Part shown: positions 1-12,954 of the stretch, piece by piece
How the letters are laid out: each line of letters starts with the position of its first letter
How positions within the stretch are numbered: position 1 is the stretch's first letter
Assembly (NCBI RefSeq): GCF_009834535.1
Contig: NC_045697.1
Span: forward strand, 90,274,001-90,338,000
DNA: 64,000 nt
Source of the DNA: Camelus ferus
Lineage: Eukaryota
Reading direction: 5' to 3'
Notes under the pieces: model-generated
Database searches by the model: none
What the model was told of the DNA's origin: nothing
What the model saw: only the letters and a program-made list of their open reading frames with translations
Position numbers and translations under genes: made by a program

Positions 1-19
1 TAATATCAAATGATAGAAT

Positions 20-190
20 ATTAGAACAAAAAAAAAGTACAGGTTATCTGAATTCATCCACTTCATTGCACACATGAGAAAAAAAATTATAAAGTTTAAA
101 TGATTCACTTGCCTTGGCCAAAGGTAGTTAAAGACAAAAATGGAATCAAACACAAGTCTCCAGATTGCATTTACTCATCTTCTTTCCACT
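20..190 (-). mobile_element. Degenerate MIR-type SINE fragment
   Basis: MIR core-like wording (tgattcacttgccttggcc...ggaatcaaacacaagtctcc); highly diverged, boundaries approximate. Confidence 0.4.
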
Positions 191-2957
191 GCATTACACT
201 GTTATTTTTATAGCTGAAGTTATAGTTCAACTTGAGGTCTCTGCACTTTTTTTCATGGCCTCTCACTACAAACATATGAATACTGGAAGATGGCTAGTTG
301 AATGCAGGAGTGTATTCAGCTCCCATGAAATGAAGTTTAACCCTATCAGCAGCAATCAGCCAGCCACACATAGCTACTAATCATTGATACTGAATGAATT
401 ACATTCACAAGGCAAAAGCTTTCCAATATAAAATTACAGACGGTCATAAGCAAAGAACGGAATATATTTCACTGCCTCTATATTTACCTAACCTCAAAAT
501 ATTTTTCCAAATTTCTAAAGGAAAATTTCTTCCTTTTTGGAATAATTTCACAGTGAATCACAAGAGGAAATATTACGAAATTTGATTAACTCCACAATTC
601 AAAGTAAGAAAGGGAGATTTAGGATGCGTGACTGAGGGCAAAGGGCAAACACCCTGAAGGAAAAACCATGCAGAAACTGAGAAATATCAAGGAAATGTTC
701 ACATGCTTTCACCAAAGGAAATTTAATGCTACTCATATGGGGATTTGGAACTCAGGATAGAACTCAGATTACTAACACTGACTGGATGCTGTCCATTTGA
801 AATTCTAGGTTCAAATACTATAAGTAGAAGATCATTTATCAAGAATTTTCAGGACTTAACTTATTCAAGATTATAAAATCACATGAGTTAGGTATCAGCA
901 ATGTAAAAAATATGATCCTCTCTCCAACATCTTCTAGATGCATTCTCTTAATTTCCAGTCCATTAAATGAATAAGAAATACACACAAACATATATATTTA
1001 CACAATTACAGTTCACCATAATTGCTGGAATTATGATATCAGCACACACCCTGAATTGTACTCCAACTATCACCATTATGGGTTATCATTTTAAAATCCT
1101 TTTACAATTCCTTTGCATGCTTCTCATGTCTACCCTCAGTCAAAAGAAAAACAAGAATCCCCATATCACTTCTACATTGATTTTAGAGAGCAGTAATTTT
1201 TTCCTACTGTAAATTTCTGTTCATCATGTGGTTTTCTTATCAAAGCATTAGCAATGACCAGTGATCAAAGAAAAATGGGGCTTAATTTTTCTGGAGAAGT
1301 AGAATTAAGCCTTGAATCTTACCACTTGCAATGCTTTTTCTTATTATTATTGGCTATGATCAGATTTTTTATGAGTTTCACATGGCATTTTTTACTTAAT
1401 ACAAATTAGTACCCTCTACTGCAATCAATGTGTTTTTACACAGACTTCTCCACTTCTGCTACCAAATAATCAGGTCAGCAGTTATCAGCTTGAGAACCAG
1501 CCTTAGTCATCCCATTCTCCACTTGCCTAATTGTTTCTTGCTCATAAGCTCCACTCCTCCTTACTTTTTTCCCAATTACACTGTGACTCCTGTCTTTCCT
1601 CCTACAGTGTAGTTCTTGTCACTACAAAAAGATGTAAAGATATCTTTCTGTCTACCTTCTCACTTCTGAGTGATTCTAAATTCTCCTTCTACCCCTTTTC
1701 TTGGCTCATCTCATTTTCGTTACTCCATCTCCAATTTGAAGAGATCTTGTTATTTTATATGATTTTAGATAATTCTGATGAGTAAGTTATTTTGTTCTTT
1801 TAAAGAAGCAGCTTCTTTTTAGCAAGCAGCAAAAAAATAAAAATGAAATTTTAATAAGTTAATAACAAGCTCTCTATATACACATTTTTCAAAGCTTTGG
1901 CCAATTAGTTCAGCTACAATCACTTATACTTCATAAATAAAAATGTTTCATTATTTTCCTAAAATAAACTTTCTTATAAGATTCAGCCTAAAAGGGGTGA
2001 ATAAACCACATTTAGCACTACTCAGGACTTTAGAAAAAAAATTAAGGGACATATTTCTGGCTTCATGACAGCTACTAGCAAATTTCCTAAACTCTTATTA
2101 ATCATATCCCCAAAATGTGGCTCTCAGTCTAACATTCCATGAAACAATGACCAATTTAAATCTTAAATTTAAGGTTTGTGCCAATCATCATTGCTGTTTT
2201 TAAAGAGATAAGCTTATTTAATTTCAATAATGTAGTTCATTACTACATAATGCACAAAAATCCAATTTAAAAATTTTATGATTATTTTCATCAATTTACA
2301 ATTCTAAACCTAACGATACCAGTTTTACTTACTGCTTTTCTTAAAGCTTTTATTTCCATATTTAGATTTTTTTAATCCTATCTTAAAGCACTTTACAGTA
2401 CCACTGTTTTCTTGCTTTTCAGTCATTCTTTATTATACACCATATCCATGAGATACAAAGTTGTTTATGCATTTTACATAAATTTAACACAGAGACCCAG
2501 TTTTGTCTATTCTGCCACATCCTGGTATACAGTTAAACTACTTTATTTTAGGGATCAAGCCATCCAGGGAAGAAGTAGCTTTGGCATATGTGGCAACCAG
2601 GCCATCCAACAACATTGTAGCTTAACTATGATTTGTTGTGATGGCAGCTAAGGCAATGTCAGGAAACCTGGACGCCTGTGAAGCATGGATCTGCACCTTT
2701 ACAAACACACATGCAGACATGCACACGCACACACACACAGACATGACACTCTTAAAGATTGTTGCCAAAATAAGCCATAGGAGAATTGACCACCCTAAGG
2801 TCAGAACAGACTTTTCAAAATTAATCTAGACAGACATGAACTACAGGTATAACAGGGTCAGGATTAAAACCCATAATAGGCTCCAGAAATGGCCCAGGTT
2901 TAGCGTTTGTGGCCATAGGAATCTTTCAATAACTTTCTTTTGCCATATACCACACCT

Positions 2958-3055
2958 AGGGCTTCCAAACATGACTGATCATTAGAATTACCCAGAGAGA
3001 GATAATTTAAAATGCACAACTTGAGCCTTACCTTCAGAGATCCTGATTCAAAGTT
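2958..3055. mobile_element. MER5A-like hAT-Charlie DNA transposon fragment
   Basis: cattagaattaccc...cagagatcctgattca resembles the MER5A consensus from memory. Confidence 0.4.
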
Positions 3056-3067
3056 GTGATGTACGCC

Positions 3068-3112
3068 TATAGGGTAGTATTTCTACCTATAGGGTAGAAA
3101 TACTACCCTATA
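3068..3112. repeat. Perfect 20-bp inverted repeat with 5-nt spacer
   Basis: TATAGGGTAGTATTTCTACC (3068-3087) is the exact reverse complement of GGTAGAAATACTACCCTATA (3093-3112). Confidence 0.95.
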
Positions 3113-3249
3113 CGACAATTTATTCTATGAAAATTACTCTCTTCATAGAAGAACTGACTGGAAAAAATATCCAACCCCTTAGAATTATCCTACAGCGGTA
3201 GTATATTAGCATATACTTAACAGAAACAACAAAATAGCAAAGGAGATTT

Positions 3250-3346
3250 GATACCAATCTCCCTGAAATAAGAAGAGTACAAATGCAGAGTTTTCAAAAT
3301 GCATTTGAAATTAAGAGTTCAGCAACTTAAAATGATTATAGGTAGA

Positions 3347-3386
<40 letters not shown>

Positions 3387-6300
3387 TGGACTGCTATATA
3401 AAACCTTCATGGTAACCATAAACCAAAAACCTATGACAGACACAAACAAAAAAAAAAAAAAAAAAAAGAAAAAAGTAATCCAAACATTTCACTCAAGAGA
3501 GTCATCAAATCACAAAAGGTCAAAAGAAGAAAAAATAACTACAAAACAATGCCAAAACAATTAACAAAATGGCAATAAGTACATACCAATCAATATTTAA
3601 GTGTAAATGGGCAAGATGCTCCAATCAAATACATATAGTGGCTGAAGGATGCAAAAACAAGACCCTTATATGTGGTGCCTAAAACAGATACACTTCAGAT
3701 TTAAAGAATACATTCAAGACAAAATTAAGCAATGGAAAAATGTATTCTATGCAAATAGTAAATTTTGAAAAAGTTGGGGTAACAATACTTAGACAAACAG
3801 ATTTTAAAATAAAAACTATAGCAAGAGACAAAGGTATACAGTATAAAATGATCAAGAGATCCATCCATAAAGAAGATATAACAATTATAAATATGTATGC
3901 ACCCAACATAGGAGCACCAATTTATCAAATATTAACTTACGTAGCAAATATTACAGACCTAAAGAGAGAAATAATAGTAGAGACTTTAACACCCTACTTA
4001 CATCAATGGATAGGTCATCCAAATAGAAAATCAAAAAGAAAACAGTGGACTTAAATGACATATTAGACCAACTAGATTTAAGGGATATATATATGTAAAA
4101 TATTCTGTCCAAAAGCAGCAGAATACACGTTCTTTTCAAGTGCACATGTAACGTTCTCCAGGACAGATTACATGCTAGGCCAGAAAATAAACCTCAACAA
4201 ATTTTTAAAAATTAAAATCATATCAACCAACTTTCCTGACCACAACAGTATAAGACTAGAAATCAACTACCAGAAAAGAATCTGCAAAATACACAAACAC
4301 ATATAGACTAAACAATATGCTACTAAAAAATCACTGGAACAATTAAGAAATCCAATAAGAAATTTTTAAAAACTTGGAGACAATAAAATTTTTTAAAAAG
4401 TACTTGGGGACAAAGGAAAACAAAACACAAAGATTCAAAATGCACAGGATGTAGCAAAAGCAGTTCTAAGTTATAATAATACAAACCTACCTCAGGAACT
4501 AAGAAAAATCTCAAACAAACAACCTTACCTTATACATAAAAGTATTAGGGAAAAAAAAAAAAAAGAACAGACAAGACCCAAAGTTAGTAGAAGAGAAGAA
4601 ATCATAAATATCTGACCAGAAATAAATGAAATAGAGACTAAAAAAAAATAGAAAAGATCAAAGAAATTAAGAACTGGTTCTTTGAAAAGATAAACAAAAT
4701 TGATAAACCTGTAGCCAGATTCATCAAGAGAAAAAGAGGGAGGGCAAACCAATAATATCAGAAATGAAAAAGGAAAAGTTGCAACTGATACCACAGAAAT
4801 ACAAAGGATCACAAGAGATTACTACAAACAATTGTACAGCAATAAAATGGACAACGAAGAAATGGGACAAATTCCTAAATATATACAATCTCTCAAGACT
4901 GACCCAGGATGAAATAGAAAATATGAAGACCAGTTAACGGAATGAAATCAAATCAGTAATAATAATAAAAACAAAAGTACATCCCTCAAAAAGCTAAAGT
5001 CCAAGACCAGGTGGCTTCACAGGTGAATTCTACTTAACATTCAAAGAAGGATAAACACTTGTCCTTCTCAAACTTTTCCAAAAAAAATTGCAGAAGAAAG
5101 AATGCTTCCAAACACATTTTATTGAGGCCAGCATCACTCTGACACCAAAACCAGACAAAGATAATGGTTTAAAAAAAAAATTTACAGGCTAATACCACCA
5201 ATGAACATAGACGCAAAATTCTCCACAAAATATTAGCAAACCAAATTCAACAATACATTAAAATGATCATACACCACGATCAGGTGGGATTTATCCCAGG
5301 GATGCAAAGATGGTTCAATATCTACAAATAAAACTGATAAGCCACATTAACAAACTGAAGAATAAAAAACATATAATCATCTCAACAGATAAAAACTTTT
5401 CAACAAAATTCAATATCCATTTATGATTAAAAATTCTCCATAAAGTAAGCACCGATGAAACATACCTCAACATAATAAAGGTCATTTATGATAAGACGAC
5501 AGCCAATATTATACTCAATGGTGAAAAGCTGAAAGTACTTTTCTCTAACATCAAAAACAAGACAAGGAAGCTCACTCTCACCACATTTAGTCAAAACAGT
5601 ATTTGAAGTCCTAGCCACGAAAATCAAACCAGAAAAATAAATAAAGGGAATCCAAATTGGAAATGAAGAAGTAAAACTGTCACTGTCTGCAGGTAACATG
5701 ATTCTAAAGATGGCACTAAAAAATTACCATGACTCATCAATGAATTGGTAAAGTTTCAGGATACAAAATTAATACACATAAATTTGTTATATTTCTATAT
5801 ACTAACAATAAACTATGAGAAAGAAAAATTAGGAAAACAATCCCATTTACCATCACATCAAAAAAAAAAAAAATACCTAGCAATAAATCTAACTCAGGAG
5901 GTAAAAGACCTGTGTTGAAAAACTTTAAGACATGGATGAAGAAATTGAAAATGACACAAACAGATGGAAAGACGTACCATGTTCATGAACTGAAAGAATT
6001 AACATTGTTAAAATGACCATACTACCCAAAGCAATCTACAAATTGAAAGCAACCCCTATCAAAATACCAATGGCATTTTTTACAGAGGTAGAACAAATAA
6101 TTTTAAAATTTGTATGGAAATATAAAAGACCCCAGTTAGCCAAAACACTCTGAGAAAGAATAACAAAGCTGGTGATACCATGCTCCTTGATTTGAAACTA
6201 AACTACAAAGCTACAGTAATAGCAAAAGTATGGTACTGGCATAAACACAGACATAGAAACCAATAGAACAGAACAGAGACCCAGAAATTAACCCACACAT

Positions 6301-6845
6301 TTATGGTCAATTAATCTAAGACAAAGTAGGCAAGAGTACGCAATGGGTAAATAACAGTCTCTTCAGTAAATGGTGCTGGGAAAACTGGACAGCCATATAT
6401 AAAAGAATAAAATTAGAACATTTTCTCACACCATGTAAAACATAAACTCAAAATGGACTAAAGACTTAAATGTAAGACTGGGAACCACAAAACATAGGCA
6501 GAACACTCTGACAAAAATAGCAATCTTTTTGAAGATCTGTCTCCTAAGGCAAAGGAAACAAAAGCAAAATGAACAAATAGGATCTAATTAAATACAAAAG
6601 CTTTTTACACAGGAAAGGAAAACATCAACAAAATGAAAAGATAATTTACTGAGAGGGGGAAAAATATTTGAAAATCATATGACCAGTAAGGAGTTAATAA
6701 CCAAAATATATAAGTAGCTCACAAAGATTAATATAAAAAAATTAAAAAATAGGCAGAAGCTTGAATAGACATTTTTTTCAGGAAGACATACACATGGCCA
6801 ACAGGCACATAAAAAGATGCTTATAGAGCTAATCATCACAGAAAT
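3250..6845 (+). mobile_element. Older LINE-1 fragment: inter-ORF spacer plus most of a degraded ORF2; no 5' UTR, ORF1 or 3' UTR
   Basis: ORF2 ATG at 3569 (aaaATGgcaataagt); endonuclease peptide ...EDITIINMYAPNIGAP; alignable by eye to 37429-40650 with many stops and indels; homology stops near 6845. Confidence 0.92.
3344..3387. repeat. Compound (GATA)n(GACA)n microsatellite inside the L1 spacer
   Basis: Read directly. Confidence 0.9.
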
Positions 6846-7644
6846 AAATGTTGAAAAAATAGATTATCCCATGATAGCCTCTAAATTTTATAATTATTTA
6901 ATTAGAAATAATGATTATTGTAATTCCATACTGTTTCATAAGTATAACTAATAACTTCTGAAATCAATATTCACTTTCCATATATATGGAGGCAATATCA
7001 ACTGATGTTTGCTAATTGTAAATAAGTTATACATTTATTTTGGACTACATCATTTCCCAAATGGCTGAAATTCGGAAAGACTTCAAATGACAGGATAACC
7101 ATTTGCACCTTATGTAATTGGGAACTATTAAATATTTTTCTGTAGGTTAGTGGAATAATGAGAATACCTTGTTATTTCTTTTTCCAGAATCAAGTATAGC
7201 CATTGATTCAACAAATTCTTGGGTGTATAGGACATGCAGAATACTTGTTTATTACACTCAGAATAAAAAAGTTTAATGTTTATTTTGAAATGTACTTAAG
7301 CATATTAAGAAACTTTTAAATGTCTCCTCTTTTCTAAACATTCTAAGGTTGAGCCTATATTAGTAATCAATAACCAGGATGAAAAGGGAAAAAGGAAGTG
7401 GTGACTGGGATAAGTAATGATCAGTCACCACTAGTAGGGCTCTTGGAGCCTAAGGCATATGGTACTGTTGATGGAGGAATGGAAATAAAATGGTACTTTC
7501 AGATTTCCTTATAATTAAAACATAGTTTTTCTATTTATAATATTCCATGTTCATTGTATACAGTTGGAGAAATATAGTAAAGCATAAGGATGAAGTCAAG
7601 TATCATTTATAATTCAATTATCCAGAAACAACCACCAATAGGAC

Positions 7645-8672
7645 CTGCCATAGTGAGGGTGCAGTCACACACCTGTATCCAAAGTGTGCCACAGGGTCAG
7701 CCCAGACTCCAGCACCACGTCTGACTACGCAGGCCCACTGTTAGCGCCAGTTCTGCCCCCAGTGCATGCCACAACTCCATTCAGTTGTCTCAGAGGCGCA
7801 GGTTCGCAAAGGCACCAGTGTACAAATCTGCCACCACCACGTGGGGCTCAAATCAAATTTCAGTCCCACCCAGGAAGACGTGGGACCCTTAGGAATTGAT
7901 TCAGATTTCAGCCTCTGCCTGGGTGCTGTGCACCAGCATTTGTGCGCCTCCAGGACAAGCCAAGAAGACTGCTGGGTCTGGGCTGCGCCGCTCTGCTTGG
8001 GAGAACGCACGCCAACAATGGTGCCAAGCAGAGGCCTCTGGGCTAAAGAGGCTGCTATGGCCTATCTGGGTTGTGCCCCTCCCCCACAACGCACACCAGC
8101 AATGGTGTCTTCTATGGAGGAATTCTAGGCTGTTCTGTTCTACAGACACTCCCAACCACAGCCCACACCACACCCCAGCCCCCTGAGGCTGCCTCAGCAC
8201 AGTCAGCCTCAGTCTCCTCCTTGGATTCATCTCCAGAAGCCTGAGCTCCAGCAGCCAGTCTTGGCCTGCCCCTGCCAGCTTGTGTCTCGGGCTAGGGATC
8301 TCCTGGACCCTCTGTTTGGTTTCTCTAGGTTCTGTCTGTCAAGCGGCTGCTGCTTTCTCCTCCAAGCTTCAGAAGCTCCCTTTCTGTCCCTGCTGACCTC
8401 CCTGCTAGAAGGGGGCTTCCCAGAGTGACGATGCTTTTCCTCCTTTGCCACTCCCTCCCTGGGGACACATCACACATGGATTTCCTCTATTTTTTTTTCT
8501 CTTATCTGGTTTTGTGAGGAATTCCTTGCATTTCCGATAGTAAGAGATATTCTGCCAAAGTTCAGTAGGTATTCTGTGAGAGTTCCTCTGTATGTAGATA
8601 TACTTTTTCATGTATTTGTGGGGAGAAGGTGAGCTATGGATCCTTCTGCTCCGGTATCTTGGCAATCTCTCC
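7645..8672 (-). mobile_element. Isolated LINE-1 5' UTR (about 1 kb), older relative of the 34425 element
   Basis: Reverse complement begins gggagagattgccaagatacc...ctcaccttctccccacaaatac and contains ggagggagtggcaaaggagga, matching 34425-34740 (ggagggagcggcaaaggagga); GC-rich with decayed CpGs. Confidence 0.85.
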
Positions 8673-10474
8673 CATACTAACTTTGAGAAACTGCAAAAAT
8701 TCCCATTCCAAATATAATGTATAAAAGAGGTAAAATAAGATTAAGGCATTATTTTTAAAGTATCTTTAAGTTTTCCAAAGAAAATATTAATAATCAACAG
8801 CTCATACAAGGAATGGACTATCTTAGTAGAGACTGAATACGACTAAAACAGAATAGGATCAACAGAACCTGAACATACCCTGCTAAGATTTTTATTAATT
8901 CCTGATGAGAATGAATTGGAAATTAAGGCCAGAACTTCTCTGTTCAAATTAATTTTAATTTGTATCATTACTCCCCAATGTGACTTCCTTCACTCTCAAA
9001 TTAATCCTCTCAGAGTCAGACACATTTCTAAAGAACTGAATTAATATCCTCTAGATATTACAGTCCATAGTTCGAATTGTAGAAATATTCTGGTATTCAG
9101 GGTGGATATATTATACATTAATAAAAGATTTTTTTCATCTAAAAGCATTATTTCTTTATACATGCATGGTTCATTTACATTAGAAAGTTAGACTGTGGAA
9201 TTATTTTTAGTAACATAAATTCAAGCATAAAACAAATTAAACTCCATTATCTAGCACGACAGTTACGTCAGCCAATAAAAAATTTAGTTTGTCTCCCTGT
9301 CATTCAGTATCTAGTAGAGTAGTTGGTGATCAGCAACACAAAAATTTAACAATTCTAAGAAGAAATACATAAACTACTTGCTGTGTTATTCTGGTTATAG
9401 ACTCTGATAACTATTTTCATAAATTTTAGGAATTTTTTGATTAGAGAGTTCAGCAGCACAGTAAATAACATCATGTAATGTCATAAACTGTAGTCATTTT
9501 AGACTATTTCAGAACTTTGCAAATTTAAAAACTAACCTAATCTTGCACACGCTTAACTAGTTCTACCACAACCTAACAAGATCGGGAAGATCTCAACCTA
9601 ATCTTAAATATTCCTTTAAGAAAAAAATCACAAAATCAAAATGAAACTAAGAGCTAATTTTAACATAGCCTAAATTTTCTCACAGGTCACAAGAATTACA
9701 GATTTGGAGGAAGATAGTTCATTCTGAACAGGGAAAATGAGACATCACCTTTTTAGTAGTCCATGTGGGAGCTGGATGCCAGTATAAAAACACTTCTAAA
9801 TTGACCTATGGGCTAAAACATTTCTATCTCTTTGTTTTCTTCTTTCACTCACAGTCACTTCTCTGTCTTCTCAGTTGTTAATAAAAAACAAAATGGAAGC
9901 AAGACAGAAGTCTAGTCTTGTATCTAGTTAGAGACTGAGCTTTCATATTCATGATTAAGGAAGCTAAGCTATTGAGTTGCAGCTGGAGCAAAACTCTTCC
10001 TCAACCCCTCTGCACAATATTCAACACACAAGAATGGTTGGTTTGTAACTAAACTATCTCAGCACTTCAAAATTAGCGAATTAGTATTCACACTCTACAC
10101 ATCAATGCTCTTTGCAGAATGTTATATACACCTCCACCTACAGGGTGTCTATTAAACATTATTTATTAAAAACTGCCATACCCTCAGTGAAACCTATACC
10201 AAAGGATCAGATGAATAACAGGTAAAGTCAATGACTGATTCCTTTCATCAGAGTTCAGCATGAATGAAACATAATATTGTGCACTTTTTGTGTGTCAACA
10301 CAGGAGACAGTAAGAAAATACTTCTTCTAGAAGTAGGTATGGAAGAGGGAAGTAGGTAAATGGTTATGAAAGGGATGGAATGGAGAATTGATTTTTTTTT
10401 AATCATAAAAGCAAACAGGAATAATGGATCCTTAAAATGGTGCAAAATTTCTTTGGTGGATAATCTTGAATTAT

Positions 10475-11860
10475 TTTTTAATGAATTTTATTTGTTTTAG
10501 AGCAGCTTCATGCTCACAGCAAAACTGAGTGGAAAATACAGAGTTCCCATATAATCCCTGCCTCCACATACATAAACAACCTGTTCCACTACTAACATCC
10601 CACACCAGAATGGTACATTTGTTTTAATCTATGAACCAACACTGAACAGTCATTATCACCCAAATCCATAGTTTACATTAGAGTTAACATGGTATGTATG
10701 ATCTATGGGTTTTCACAAATGCGTGACATATATTTGCCATCATACTATCATACAGAATAGTTAAACTGCCCTAAAAATCCTCTGTGCTCTCCATGCTCAT
10801 CTCTCCCTATTCTCCAGCTCCTGGCAACCACTCATCTTTTTACTGTCTCCACAGTTTTGCCTTTCCCAGATTGTTATAGAGTTGGAATCATGTACAGTTG
10901 ACTCTTGAATAATATGGGTTTGAACTGTGTGGGGCCACTTACATGTGGAATTTTTTACAATACTAAATACTACAGTAATACATAATCCACAACTGATTGA
11001 ATCTGCAAGTACAGAACCATAGAAATGTAGGAATCACATACTTGGAGGGTGGACTATACATTATATGTGTGCTTTCGACTGTGTGGAGGGTCAACACCCC
11101 AACCCCCATGTTGTTCAAGGATCAACTGTAAGATGTAGCCTCCCTCACTTAGTAACATACATTTGAGGTTCCTTCATGTCTTTTTTGGATTGATAGCTCA
11201 TTTCCTTTTAGCACTAATTAAGATTCCATTCCCTGGATGTACCACAGTTTATTTATCAATTAATCTGCTGAAGGACATTTTAATTGCTTCCAGGTTTTGG
11301 GCAATAATGATTAAAGCTGCTATAAACATCTGTGTCCTTGTTTTTGTGTGCATACAAGCTTTCAACTCATTTTGATTACACCAAGGAGTATAATTGCTGT
11401 ATTGTATAGTAAAAGTATGTTTCATTTTGTAAGAACTACATAACTGTTTCCCAAACTGGCTGTACTATTTTGCATTGCCACCAGCAATGAATGAGAATTC
11501 CTATTCCTCCACATCTTCACCAGCCTTTGATATTGTCAGTGTCCCAGATTTTGGCCATTCAAATAAGAATATATTGTTTTAATTTTTATTTCCCTGATGT
11601 CATATGATGTGGAGCAACTCTTCATATGCTTATCTGCCATCTTTATATCTTCTTTGCTGAGGTTTCTGTTTAGAAGAACTCTTGACCATTTTTATTGGAT
11701 TTGTTCATATATATGTTCATGAAAGATTTTGGTCTGTAGTTCTTCGGTAATGTCTTTGTCTGGTTTTGATATTAGGTATTATTAAGCTTTGGTATTAGAA
11801 TGAGTTAGGAAGTATTTCCTGTTTCTATATTCTGAACCTTTCTTCTGGACAATTCTTCTG
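10475..11860 (-). mobile_element. Ancient L1M (L1MC/MD-like) 3' region, interrupted by a Tigger element
   Basis: Antisense L1 motifs: gagcagcttcatgctcacagcaaaactgagtgg, cattgccaccagcaatgaatgag, gctgctataaacatc. Confidence 0.8.
10895..11128. mobile_element. Tigger2-derived non-autonomous DNA transposon (TcMar-Tigger), 234 bp
   Basis: TIRs cagttgactcttgaataatat / atgttgttcaaggatcaactg; TA dinucleotide on both sides (10893-10894, 11129-11130). Confidence 0.9.
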
Positions 11861-11899
11861 AATATGTATCTTTTGTAACTTTTAAGCAAAACTTTGGAG

Positions 11900-12950
11900 G
11901 ATTTTGCTTCCAGCCGACATGGAATAACAGGGACCAGATTTACTCTACAACCTGAAACAATAAAACAATTAGACAAAATATATGAAACAATGGTTTTCAA
12001 GACTCTGGAACCAGTCAACAAAGGACAGTGATTCCTAAGACTCAGAAAACAAAATGAAGTAAGCTCTGCAATTGATGGAACTTAACGCCTTAGGAGTTTC
12101 CAGTCAGCAGCAAAAGAAGGGAGAACCCAGAGTGCTATAGTCTGAATGTTTGTGTCCCCCCAAAATTCATTTCCTCAAAACCTAATACCAAAGGTGATGG
12201 TATTGGAGGCAAGATCTTTGGGAGGTGATTAGGTCATGAAAGCAGAGCCCTCATGAATGGAATTAGTTCTGTAATAAAAGAGTCTCCAGAGAAGTAGCTC
12301 ACCCCTTCTACCACGTAAGGATGCAATGTGAAGTCTACAACCCAGAACAAGGCCACCCCTGACTAAGATGTTACTCTGATTTCAGACTTCCAGCCTCCAG
12401 ACTGTGAGAAATAAATTTTGGTTGTCTGTAAGCTACATAGTCCGTGTAGTTTGTTACAGCTGCCTGAACAGACTAACAGGTAAAGTCAAAAAGATTCCCC
12501 AAGTTGAGATCATGAAACTGGGACACTGAAGAGATCAAGATAGGTGAAGTTCACAAATCAGAGTACCAGAGAAGAGAGAGCTGCACAGAGAGAATTCCAG
12601 ATTTCCATAGAGGGTTTTCATTGAATAATCATGTGAATACTGATCAGCACATGAATGTGAGCAATCTACTTAAGGCCAAGGAAAGATCTAACCAAAAGGA
12701 TTAGAGGAAACAGTACCAGCACTCACCAAGGGCCAAATATAGACTACTGTATTACTGTATTATAAAGGCGATGTTTAAATCACTCTTAATTTTAGTGTAA
12801 AAGTTAAAAGAGAAGTTTGGAATACCTATAGACAAAAATGGATTAATGAACACACAATATAATAGATGTAAATTGTGTCATCAATAACATAAACTGTGGG
12901 TGAGAAGAAAAGTAAAAATGTAGATGTGACAGAAGTTACAATGTTAACAC
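11900..12950 (+). mobile_element. Ancient L1M 5'-region and spacer fragments, interrupted by an MLT1 LTR
   Basis: ttccagccgacatggaataacagggaccagatttac resembles L1MC/MD 5' ends; family uncertain. Confidence 0.5.
12133..12478 (+). mobile_element. MLT1A-like MaLR solo LTR
   Basis: Starts tgctatagtctgaatgtttgtgtcccccc, has cagacttccagcctccagactgtgagaaataaa, ends gactaaca. Confidence 0.88.
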
Positions 12951-12954
12951 TTTA

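Noticed and set aside
3250..8672. Twin-priming inversion joining the plus-strand L1 body and the minus-strand 5' UTR
   Set aside because: The order is wrong for twin priming, about 800 bp of unrelated sequence intervenes, and there is no tail or shared TSD
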